Origin: Geosiphon pyriformis uo1
Taxonomy: Eukaryota; Fungi; Glomeromycota
Assembly (NCBI GenBank): GCA_016748015.1
Contig: JAAOMT010000735.1
Location: 1 to 64,000, forward strand
Direction: 5' to 3'
Length of the DNA stretch: 64,000 bases
The notes beneath the pieces were generated by a model. It had not been told where the DNA came from and did not search any database. It was given only the letters and a program-made list of their open reading frames with translations. Each line of letters opens with the position of its first letter. Position 1 is the first letter of the stretch. Below, in pieces: positions 51,445-63,417 of the stretch. A program made the translations under genes and the position numbers.

Positions 51445-51979
51445 TGTTATCTAAGTAAGAAAAACTAATCCAAAGTTATAAAAAAAACATGACCAAAAAC
51501 ATGATAACATAAAATAATACAAGATAACATGTTATAATGTAGGATAATGTGTTATAACATAGTATAATGTGTAATAACATAGGATAACATATTATAATAT
51601 AGTATAATAAATAATAACATAAAATAACGTATTATAACATAGAATAACATGTTATAACATAAGATAACTAGTAATAATATAGAAAAATGAAGCAATAACA
51701 GAAATAACAAAGCAATCAGAAGCAATCTCATAGAACAAAAAAATGTATAAAAATAAGTAACTATAGAAGTTAGAGAGACATTCAAACAAGAATCAATTTT
51801 CTTCTTCCTTATAATTATTACATCTTACAAAAATAAAAAACTTATTTGAAAAACCACAAAAAAATCTTTAATACATAGTCATTAATTATCTTGTGTATAA
51901 ATTAAACTAATTCTTGGTTTACCTTTTCATTTCAGAACCAATTGCTCTTGATTACAGTGATTAATGATACTAATTTATC

Positions 51980-52020
51980 TTCTTTTATTTTTTTTTTCTT
52001 TTATTTTTATTTTTATTTTT

Positions 52021-52101
<81 letters not shown>

Positions 52102-52103
52102 CT

Positions 52104-52184
<81 letters not shown>

Positions 52185-52190
52185 CTTTTG
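51980..52190 (+). repeat. About 200-nt poly(T) tract inside the H LTR
   Basis: Directly visible; same LTR position as the T tracts in the C LTRs. Confidence 0.95.
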
Positions 52191-53160
52191 TAAAGCAACA
52201 ACATAATAAAATCGACTGTCTGAGAATAGACTTTGTGATAGCCTGGTAAAAAAAGAAAGCTCTCTTTAAGTTTTGAATATTAACACTATCTTGGTAGCTT
52301 ATCAGAAAGATAAAAAAACAATGTCAGACCTTAATAACTGTGCTCATTAGCTTAGAGAAGATAACTCATATTTATAAGAAGTTGTAATTAATAAAAGCCA
52401 AACCTCTGTGCCTTATAACCAAAAAACTTGATGGATAAATTCACAACCAGTAGATAAGACCTTTAGAGACTGATAATCAAGACTAAGTTAATAGAATTAT
52501 ACAAAACACACATTATTAATAATTGAGAACACCAAATGTTACTATTTTTTTATCCTACCAAGTTTACCTATAACATTTGGTGCTCCTTGTGAGATTATAA
52601 AATCTACAGAGACAGAGCACCCCAAAGATTCACAAAAGTGACAACTATTAGAACAGTAAGAAAAAATCACATCTTATATAAAAGAGCATTATTTTAATAC
52701 TTTTAGAAAAACTTAGGAATACTTGCAAAAACTGTTATTGTAGAAAACCAAGTTTGTGACTATCTGCATGCAAAAATTAACTGCTTTTTAAGCCAAATGA
52801 CAGATATTAGAAAACTTGGAGAACAAATTCATCAAAAATTATTAGCCTACTCAACAAATACCACTATTCAAGCCATAGCCAAAACCCTTTATATACTCAA
52901 TAAAGACATCAAGTACTATGCAAAAAAATGCTACCCTCAAGTAAAACAATCAGCAAGGCCTAATTCTGAAGAATATGAGTCTAAACCCAATAGCACAGTA
53001 GCTGCATGAGAACAAACTCACTCAACAGTCAACAAAAAACCAAGATTTCTTTTTCCAATAATTCTATTATATTATCAAACACTAGAAAGTAGAATTGTAT
53101 TTAACCCAACCACAAAAACCCAGGCAGAAACACTACAAACTTCTGGAAATCAACATCTAT

Positions 53161-54121
53161 TGTTACCAGTAGAATTTTAGCTATTAATTAGCATAAAATT
53201 ACCCTCATAATTCTTATTATCAATTAGCATATATTATTATTAATTCGATTATTATTTATTATTTAATCAAATTATCAAATATTACTATTCAATCAATAAT
53301 TCGATTTGTACTATAGAAATTAAGATGATCAAATTACACAATACTCTAAACTATTTAATATAGTTAAAATTCGCCAAAATTAATGAAAATTGGCCGAAAT
53401 AATTAATAGTTCAGAAAAATAACTTGTAGTTTACCAAAATGTATCTTTAGTTCACCAAAATTGTAGCAAAAAGAAAAGTGCAAGTTCAAAGACTAGTACT
53501 ACAAAAAGTTGTATAAAAAAAAAGCTTTTCTCTTTAAGAAAATATATCTTCTCATAGTATTTTAACATAGTATCTTACTTCAGAGATCTTAATTGAAACA
53601 AATTACCTTTTATACAGTTTAAAATAAAAATTAAATATTCGAAAACCAAATCCTTTGATTATTACACTTGAAATTTCTTCAACACAACTAACATTTTGAA
53701 ATTGATTAGCTACCAATTTTAGTAATTTGTTAGTGACTCCAGGCCTGAATAGAAAACATTTCCCTTGATAAAATCTTATTTTTTTTATTTTTTTTTATTT
53801 TTTTATTACAATTATTAGGGTAGCCTACAGATGAGATTTCTGTAGAAGAGTTGACTTTTACAGCAAAATAACTACACATTTTTAGTGAGCTTCTAAACAA
53901 GCAATTCCTAGAAAAGAGTTAATGTTTATTACAACATAACTACACAAAGTAACTGACACGAAATTGGTCATTCTACTTATAAGCCCAACAGTTCAAATTA
54001 TAGGAGATAATTTGAAAATAAATTCAGTTATTAGAGATTCAATTGCTTCCAGAAAACGTGAAATTAGCAACAAACAAACAAAACAACATTTAAAAAAAAA
54101 GACCAAAAACCTCTGGTAACA
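53161..54121 (+). mobile_element. Solo LTR G2 inserted in the gag region of H
   Basis: TGTTACCAG..CTGGTAACA; TSD CTAT/CCAT; gag sequence resumes. Confidence 0.92.
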
Positions 54122-57100
54122 CCATGAAGTCACTACAGTTGGACCAAATCTCTAAGAGAATATAAATTATTATTTAGAAATCTCACCTCAACAATTAATA
54201 AAACAAATAGAAATACATTAACATAAAAACCACCACTAATCCAATTCTTGACCAAATTATCAACTATTCTCTCTGGAAAAACAGCTATTCTTCAGCTTAT
54301 TGGAAAATTAACAAAGGGAAACAATCAAAATTAGCACCAAGACAACATCTTAGCATGCAAACTTCAAATCCCTCAACATCAACCAGTAAGACTCCATTTA
54401 CTTACCAGATTATGACTTACCAAAATATTGCCAAATTAGAGAAATTCTTGAAGGAAGAAGACAATACATATACATGTATTGTTGAAACTAAAAAAACCAT
54501 TACTGTTAACAACTGAGATGATACTAAAACTATTTAAGCTTTGCCTTTTTTTTTGACAGAAACCACAGATTCATGGTATTAAAGTCTTAGGAAAAAACCC
54601 ACCAACTTTACCACCTTTAAACTTGCCTTTCTATGATATTTTTGTAAACCCAACACTCTTATTAGATTACAGAATCAATTCAGTATAATAAAAAAAAAGA
54701 TCATAAAGCAGTGACTACTTATTTTGGATGATTCAACCAAGTTCTTCATCAAATACTGACAATTAAAAGAGATTACTACACTGTAGTACAAGTTTTTAAT
54801 CAATTTTTCAAAAAATTAAGAAGCAGCTTCCTAAAATTTGTGAGACTTTGACATCTGACAAATCTATAGAATGCTATTATCCTTGTATGCGATTTTGAGT
54901 CAGCCAAGCAAAAAGCTAACCACACCCAAGCCATTAATCTAGCCATTAATAGAACCTCTGACATTAATACAAAGATAATCCAATTAAGTGAGAAATTAAT
55001 TCAGAAAATTGAGGAATTCTTAACCAGCACAACAGAAACTTATCAACCATCACAATGAAAAGAAACCAATAACAACAACAGATATCAATAACAAAATCAT
55101 TAGCAATAGCAGCAACTTTGGAGATCAGATTTTTGTAATTGCTATTATTGCCAGAAGCTAAAACATATTGCCTGGAACTGCTAAAAAAAACTAGCAGACC
55201 AGAATTAAGGAAGTTAATATCTCTAACAACCAAGATATCTCCAGATTATAAGACTTCAATACTCTGTATCTCAATATCAGTCATCCCAGTACTTATTACA
55301 AATGCCTTAGAATTACTATCTGCCACCACCAATGACTTAAGCATCTTCTTAGTACCAAAACCCAGACTATAATCAACTTAAACTGTATATAATTGACTAC
55401 AATCAAGGATAGCAAAACCCTAATGGAAATCAAATGCAACCTAGTAGCAAACCTCCTTAAACAACAAATTGAGCCAACTTCTTATTCCAACCAGCACCAA
55501 ACAGATACCCAAATCAAGACTCATATCTTGGTCTTACTGAAAACCAGAGTTTTTTTAGCTCTACATTTTTAGAAGAGAAGGATATAGAAGAAATGCCCAA
55601 TCATTTAAGTCAAATCAAACCAACAATATCATTTTATCTACCACTATCACTGAAGACACCATTCTTGCTGCTATCTTCCTCTTTGATATTGACTATCTGA
55701 ACACCAATAGTCTTTTTAGTAGAGCCACTATTAATCAGAATAAACCAATAACAGCCCTATACATTAATACTAAAGTCAGAAATATAAACATTAAATTAAT
55801 TTTCAATAGTGAATCAGCAGACAGTATAATAATGAAACAATTTATAGATTAATTAAGTTACCAAGTAGATCATGCTACAACTGTTTGAATTATTACTGCA
55901 AATGGCAATATCTAGACTCTTATCAAAGAAATTAATAACTTCTCCTTAGAAATTAATGAAATCCAAATTCCTATGAAAATTCTGGTCATAGAAGTTACAC
56001 AATATTAGGCACTCATTGAAAATGACTGGTTGGTCAAAGCACATGCCACTCTTGACTAGAATATGTAGAAACTACAGATTACTTTTAATGGACAGTACAC
56101 ACAAGTTTTGGTTATGTGTAAATACTTCAAAGCTCAAAGTCCAGAAAAACTGCTAATTGAATTTGAAAACTCAATACTATCATCAACAATAGAAGCCTAT
56201 CAAGTTTCTTGGGCTGATAATTACTGAGCAGAGTTCCCACCACTGACTTGGGAAGAAAAGGGCAAAAAAAAAGCAGAAAAAAAACTACAATTGGCACCTA
56301 TAAGCTATCTTGTCCCAAATCAAGGAAGTCAATAATATCAAATCCCGAAATTAATTTGTGTTGACTGTGGGAAAAAGTTATCTTCTATGGGTACATGTAT
56401 CAAAGACAACAAGAAATGGCCAACTACCACCAAATATTACTGCAGATCTTGTATGTTGGAAAGATTTGGCAGACCAAAATAACAAAATAAATAGGACAAT
56501 ACACCATGCCTTGCCTGTGGCAAGATCCAGTCAAATGAAAGACTATGGAACAATGTTCCTGGCAGAGAAAAAATATGTAATGAAACATGTTAATATACTA
56601 TCTTAATTAATGATTGGATATAAAAAGGAAACCTGATCAAGAATGCTTGGAGATAAGCACTCAGTAAATTAGATGGTTATCTACATGATAAACATAAAAT
56701 ATGAAGAATAACAAGTGTCAAAGCCAAAGATGTCACACATGATAAAATACAAGAAATCAAAAAAAATCTGTTTACATTAGAATACAATGGACCTGACTAC
56801 TTCATAGAAAATTTTTTTATGGATGATCCAGATGCATTTTAAGATTGATACCAAAAATTGGTCCTGACTTAAAAAGAGCAAGAACAGTGGCTAGTTGATC
56901 TAAACACAAAACTGTACAATCATTGTTTGATCTCTTGTCACTTTTAGTACTATGACAAATGTGATCTCATGTTTAACCCACCTCTAAAAAAACTATATCC
57001 AATCTCCAAACTACTTGAGTCTGATGTAAAAGAGAAATTAATTACCAATGACATGTCATTTCAAGATCCAACTGAAGATACCAAAACAGAACAGTATCTC

Positions 57101-59860
57101 ACTTATCCAAATCTCTCCAAAAAATTAGAATTAAAATAGTATAGTAACAATAAGAAAGGAATCTGTCTCAAAAAAGAACATGATACTAATGCTGGTTTTG
57201 ACTTATAATACTCTGAACAATCATTCATAGTTATAGCCCCACATTCTCTCATAAAAATAGATCTTAAGATACTATTAGAAATCCCTATTAGTACAATAAT
57301 ACAAATTGCTTTTCAATCCAGTCTGGCCAAGAAAAAAATCAATATAAAAGGAGAAATCATTGATGCTGAATACATGGGAAACATTATTGTGATGCTACAA
57401 AACAATTTAAACAAACCCTACAAAATAAAATTACAAGAAAAAATTGCCCAAGCTATCTTTCTATTCCTAGTCAAAGTATCACAATTAACTCTAATAACAA
57501 TCTGAGAAGAATTAAGTCTTATGGTCTAAAGAATCAATGGGTTTGGATCAAGTAAAAGAGAAAACATACCAGTCAACTTTATGAAAAAAGACAGTGATCA
57601 GGTAGAACTTATCTACACCAACACAATTATCTCTATTTCCTTATACTGACAATACATTCTCAAAGTGAATTAAAAAATCCAAGATCAAGTCCTGTTATTT
57701 AAAGCCAATTCTGAAATCTGTTCTCTAGCTGATGTTGTTAACCTATACCTATTAGTCAAAGCCCATAAACACTTCAAAATTCTTATTCACAACTCCACAG
57801 AAAATGTTATTGAAATTCCAAAAAGGATCCTTATTGGTTTCATCTCACTGAACATTTAACATTCTGAAAAACCCCAGCCTATTTCAGATTTTGTACAGCT
57901 ATTCTTATTTTGTAATATTATCTCATAAGTATGGAATTTGCCAAAAAAAAGTTATCTGTTCATGCCAAAAAAAATTGACAAACTACATTTAGAAAACTTG
58001 AGTACTCTTCAGCAAATGCAACTTGAGATTTTTTTGAATCAATACATCAATGTCTTTGCCAGCAAAAATAAGTTTGGATGTACTAATATTGTAAAGTATT
58101 AAATTGATATAGATGATATGCGACCTATTAAACAATGGGCCTATTGAGTGCTCCCATCTGGTAATAATCTAATTAAGCAAGAAGTACAACAAATATTTGA
58201 CAACAGCTTGATTAAAGAATTGTTTAGCCTTTGGTTTTTTTCAGTGGTTCTGATTACTAAGAAAAATAAGAATATAAGATTCTGTATAGACTACTGAAAG
58301 CTAAACAGTATTACTCAAGGAGATAGTTACCTCACACCTCTTATTCAAAAAATTTTAAACAATTTAGAAAACAAAAAATGGTTCTTGTTATTAAATCTAG
58401 CCAATGGATATTGGCAGATTAAAATAGACCTCAAAGACAAAAAAAAATGGTGTTTACCACCCAAGACAGAAACTTTGAGTTCAATATAATGTCTTTTAGA
58501 CTCTGCAACACTCTTGCTATCTTTTAGTGTTTTATGGATGTTATGTACAAAGAAATTTTATAAAAATTAGTCATAGTATACCTAAATGACACCAATGTTT
58601 TTTTGGAAACATTTGACAATCACTTGCTTTATCTTCAGCAAATTTTTGAATGTCTTTGTAATGCCAGATTGAAACTCAATCCCAATAAATGCTTCTTTGA
58701 AAAGACCAAGTTGAAATTCCTAGGACACATAATCAGCAAAAACAGAATCAAATCTAATTCAGATAAGGTCTAAAAAGTCAAAGATTTTTCAGTTTCAATC
58801 AATCTCAGAGAATTATGAGAATTTTTAGGATTGCCAAAATACTATTGATGATTCATCAAAGAATTCTTAACTATCACAAAACCACTTCACTATTTGTTGT
58901 TCAAACACATACAGTACCTATAAAAAAAAGACTAACAGAAAGCATTAGACTATTTCAAGCAGTAATTGATCACATTCCCAATTCTGATTTACCCAGATTT
59001 CACTAAACAATTTATTGTCACTATGAACACCTCAAAAAATGTTCTAGAAGCAGTCTTATCACAAATAGAACCAGACAAAAGAGAACATCCAATTGCCTAT
59101 ACTAGTCACAACATTAGTCCAGCAGAAAAAAATTACAGCACAATAAATTTGGAATGTCTTACCATTTATTGAGCCATACAAACATAAAGCCACTATCTTA
59201 GTTTGTTCTTTGATCTATATATTGATCATAAAAAACTTGTTTGGTTACTCAACAATCCACAACTAAAAAGAAAATATGCAAGATAGAGTACTTATCTGCA
59301 ACAATTCCCACTTAAAGTTCATTACAAAAAAGAATCCAAAAACATCAATGCTGACAGTTTGTCAAGGATACCACAAACCTAATTCCAGACCCATGGACAC
59401 AACCAATTATTACACATTAGTACCTATTGACACTATATTTTAAGAAAATATTATCTTAATAAGAACAAAGTACTATACAAAAACAAACCCAAAATTATTT
59501 TATTCAAGACAATTGACTATTTTAATAAGAATGCCAAAACTGTTTTATCTTACAATGAGTTATTAAAAACAATGAAAAGGAAACTATATTACATAGTATG
59601 CATTCTGATCCAACTGCAAAACACTTTAACAAAAATGTTACTCTCAAAAAAACCCTAAATTTATACTATTGGCCAATGATATACAAAGATATTTTCGAAT
59701 ATGTGCTCAATTGTAACTCATGTCAGCAAAGAAAAAGAGCCAGAACAATAGAACCACTTTGACCCATTCCAGTTTAAAATCTATTTGATAGAATTGGAAT
59801 TGATTTAGTTGGTTCTCTTTCCATAACATCTAAAAGAAATTGTTATATCATTGTAACCAT

Positions 59861-60016
59861 TGTTACCAGTAGAATTTTAGCTATTAATTAGCATGAAATT
59901 ACTTTTATAATTCCTATAATTTATTAGTATATTAATATCATTTCAAATTATCATTTATTATTTAATCAATTATCGCATATCACGATTCAATTAAAATAAT
60001 CTAATTAGTATAACAG
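59861..60016 (+). mobile_element. Start of LTR G3 inserted in H integrase, itself interrupted by D
   Basis: Same start as G2 (TGTTACCAGTAGAATTTTAGCTATTAATTAGCAT); left flank CCAT. Confidence 0.88.
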
Positions 60017-60895
60017 TGTTACGGGATGGTTTTCTTGTTATATTTAATTGCTGATATCCCGCTTTAATTGCAATCAGTCTTTCGTGAGTTCCTCAGTTCT
60101 ATTTGTGTGATAATGTTACTGTTACACTGAAGGCTTTCTTTTTACTGTTGCGATGTAAGTTATTCTTTAATTCTTGATTGTTGTGTGTGTTTATGTACTC
60201 CTTCTCAGAGGCTGAACTGAAATCTACCCACTGTCTGGGGTCTTCTCTGAGGCTATCCTTGCAATTGCCTGATGTATTTCTCTAATCTAGAAACACAGAA
60301 TGTTAATGGTCTTTAGCACTTTTCTAATTCTCACAATAAAGCTTTTATCAATTAGTAACAACGTGAATAATCTTGATCAAGGATTATTCTTCCAAAGGAT
60401 TCAGTTGATGAATGATAGTTTCATTCAATAAATAATACAAGTAAGTTTCTTAATACTTTGGGTTGTGATAGTTCAGTTTTAAATATTCTTTTTCATTTCT
60501 TTTTGATTTTAAAGGTTTCTTGGGATATTTAATTTGAAAGTATGATTTAAAGTGGAGTTTGTTGGATAAAATTGGATCTATTGCTTGATAAGTTATGATT
60601 TTTATTACTTGATTGATTATTTCCCAATATTAAAACTACTGTATATATACATGTTTGTAGTTCTACGAGAAAATACTTTCTTTTTGATATTTCAACCTGG
60701 TGTTTGCTGCTATCACCAGTTGGTGTTGGCTGCTATTGTGAACTGGTGCTTGCCACTATTGCGAGATGGTGTTTGCTACTATGTTAATCATTACCTTTCT
60801 AAGATTATTACTGTGCTATATTATGATTGAATAGTTTGTATTATTTTTATGATTCTTTTTTCTAAATTCTTAAACTGTAACATTATCCCCTCCTT

Positions 60896-61564
60896 TCAAG
60901 ATTGAGCTCCGTCGAAATCGAAGTTAATTTCTTCATTAAATTCTAAGTTACTATAGTGGTTCAATACTGTGTTATTAATTTGTTGTTGTAATTCTTGAAA
61001 TTGTGAGTTAGTAAGTCGTCCAATACTGTTGGTTGTTATTATGTTCATGGTTGGGTCCAACAATAATTTGTGACAGTTTTCAAATGCTTTGAAAATTCTA
61101 TAAACTGTTTTTGAATGGAATGTAGTGTTGGTTTTTCCAATGAAAGGTTCTAATAGTTGGATAGTTGTTTTGTCAAACACTCTAGTTGAGTCTTTTGAGT
61201 ATAATGTTTGTATGTTCAAGTGCTTTCCTAGTTGATAATAACAGTAATTAATTGGAAATTTTGTTTTCAAGTTGCTAAATGTGTCTGGTGTTAATTCACT
61301 TATTTCTATTTCTTTTATTATTAATGTATTGCCCAATGCTATCTCTAATTTTTCAATAATTTTGCTAATAAATTTGTTGTTATATTTGGCAATATTATAT
61401 GGTTCGAAATTATGTTCTTTTCTTGTTTTTGGATTTTCTATTGTTCTTTTTATGTATGTTATTTTGGAGCTATTAACTGTGATTTCTAGATCAGATTTTA
61501 ATTGTTGTAAGCTTTCAACTAATTGTTGAGTTATATTGTTGATGTTTTCTGGAATAAGTATCAT
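60896..61564 (-). CDS. Intact ORF3 of D, 222-aa protein of unknown function
   Basis: ATG in AAAACAATG context, no stops, stop codon abuts the PPT; homologs in A, A2, B, C, E1, E2. Confidence 0.88.
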   Translation of the reverse strand: MILIPENINNITQQLVESLQQLKSDLEITVNSSKITYIKRTIENPKTRKEHNFEPYNIAKYNNKFISKIIEKLEIALGNTLIIKEIEISELTPDTFSNLKTKFPINYCYYQLGKHLNIQTLYSKDSTRVFDKTTIQLLEPFIGKTNTTFHSKTVYRIFKAFENCHKLLLDPTMNIITTNSIGRLTNSQFQELQQQINNTVLNHYSNLEFNEEINFDFDGAQS

Positions 61565-61648
61565 TGTTTTAATTTTGAATGTTATTTTGGAATCTTTTGC
61601 ATGCGTTTTTATGGTTGTTAAATCATTTTTGCTGTGATCTAAGATTAA

Positions 61649-63009
61649 TTATTTTTTCGAATAATGTTCAATTAAAACTATTGGTTCTAAATCTCATGGA
61701 ATTTGTTCTGGTAGAATTAAAGGTAATTGTGTTCCAATTCTGGGTGTTTTTGTTGTTATTACTGGTTTACTGTAATAGAATTTCAGCCGGTTACCATGTG
61801 CTGCTTTTCTTAACATTTTATCATCTAGTCTTAGCTTGTATGCTCCATTTCCAAGTATTTCGTGAATATAAAATGGTCCATCCCACTTGTGATCAAATTT
61901 TCCACTCCACTGTTTTTCCATTTTTGTACGATGCAACAATACTTTATCTCCAATTTTGTAGCTAATTATATTATCTGGTAACTGGTTATCATGTCTCACT
62001 TTTTGTTGTTCTTGTGATTGTTCAATATTTTGTGCTGCTTTTCTTCTTTTGTTTTCTAAANNNNNNNNNNNNNNNNNNNNTGGAATGTTGCTTCCGTGAT
62101 AGTGTCACTCGGATAAGTTGGGATAGTAAGTTCAATGGGTAATGTGGCTTTTCTTCCATAAACTAGTTCAAACGGTGTGAATTGTGTAGTATCTTGTTTT
62201 ACTGTTCAATATGCTAATAGTACTGCTGGTATGAACAAATCCCATTCTTTTTCATGTTCATTACTAATTTTCGCCAGTGATTCGCATAATGTGCGATTAA
62301 ATCTTTCAACTAATCCATTTGTTTGAGGGTGGTATGGTGATGACAGTGGTCGCTTGATTCCAAATTTTTGGCTAAGTTCTTTTAAGGTGCTGTTTACGAA
62401 GTGTGTGCCTTGATCTGATAGCAATTCTTGTGGACATCCATGTTGGCAAATTAAGTCTTCATGTATAAATTGAGCTATGGAAATAGCATCAGCTGTTTTA
62501 ATAGCTCTAGCTTCTGGCCATTTGGTGAGATAGTCCATGACTACTGCAATATAATGGTTGTTTCTTGTTGTTATTGGTAAGGGTTCAACTAAATCAATTC
62601 TGATTCTGTCAAATGGCTGTCCAACTTTTATTGGTCTTAATAATTCCGTTGTTTTTGCTCCTCCTCTTCGTTGGCATGGGTCACAATTTCTTATGTATTG
62701 GATTATGTCTGAGCTCATTTTTGGCCAATAGTAACGGCTAGTTGCACGTTGGATGGTTACTGTTTTTCCAAAGTGGCCTGAATGAATATCTGAGTGCATG
62801 TTAAATAAAATAGTTTCTTTTTCATTCGTGGTTATAACTCTTAATGAATTATCTGGATTTTGTCGATTCCGGTAATAAAGTATGTGATTTTGAATGAAAT
62901 AGTGTTTTGCTAATTTTTGGAGCTTAATTAGCTCTTTTACTGGCATTTTTTCGTCTATTTGTAGTGTTTCCAAGTATTGGCTGAGGTTTTTGTAAAGGTG
63001 GTTGTTCAT
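61649..63009 (-). pseudogene. Stand-alone integrase ORF of D (two probable CGA>TGA stops at 62206 and 61694)
   Basis: Own ATG (MNNHLYKNLSQYL); HSDIHSGHFG..CDPC; IDLV, SDQG, VERFN; WDGPF; ends LEPIVLIEHYSKK*. Confidence 0.92.
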
Positions 63010-63038
63010 TGTTGTTGTGGCGGGTGGGTTGGTGATTT

Positions 63039-63417
63039 TTATGTGTGTCTCATTCTTGACAAACAGTCGGCATTAGCATTTTTGGTACCTTCTTTGTATT
63101 TGATAATATAATTGTATGATGCTAATGTTTGTGACCATCTGGCGTATTTTCCTTTTAGCACTTTCTTGTTATTTAACCAGACCAGACCTCTATGATCTGT
63201 CGTAATCTCAAAGGGTTGGTACTGTAAATATGTGTCAAAGTGAACACAACTCCAGACTACTGCTAAGCATTCAAGTTCATGTGCTGCGTAGTTTTGTTCT
63301 GCCGTACTGAGACTTCTGCTGGCATAAGCGATTACACGTTCTCTTCCATTATCATCTTTTTGTGACAGAATGGCTCCAAGTCCAGTTCCAGAGGCATCTG
63401 TGGCCAAAATGAATTTC
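63039..63417 (-). CDS. RNase H domain (C-terminus of D polyprotein)
   Basis: LATDASGTGLGAILSQ...AYASRSL...ELECLAVVW...TDHRGL...NADCLSRMRHT*. Confidence 0.92.

Larger units (their letters stand above)
51445..59860 (+). mobile_element. Ty3/gypsy element H (C-related, dUTPase-bearing): 5' LTR 51445-52575, PBS 52578-52594, polyprotein 52638-59382, integrase from ATG 59393, interrupted at 59861
   Basis: Collinear with C; dUTPase about 57160-57560 (AGFDL, SSLAKK, GEIIDAEYMGNI, KIAQ, GFGSS); ADSLSRIPQT* then ATG 10 nt later. Confidence 0.92.

Noticed and set aside
51942-52206. Poly-Phe and poly-Lys ORFs (also 8267-8470)
   Set aside because: Translations of LTR poly(T) tracts.
60896-61564. ORF3 as an env gene
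   Set aside because: No signal peptide, transmembrane helix or evident fusion-protein features, and too short.
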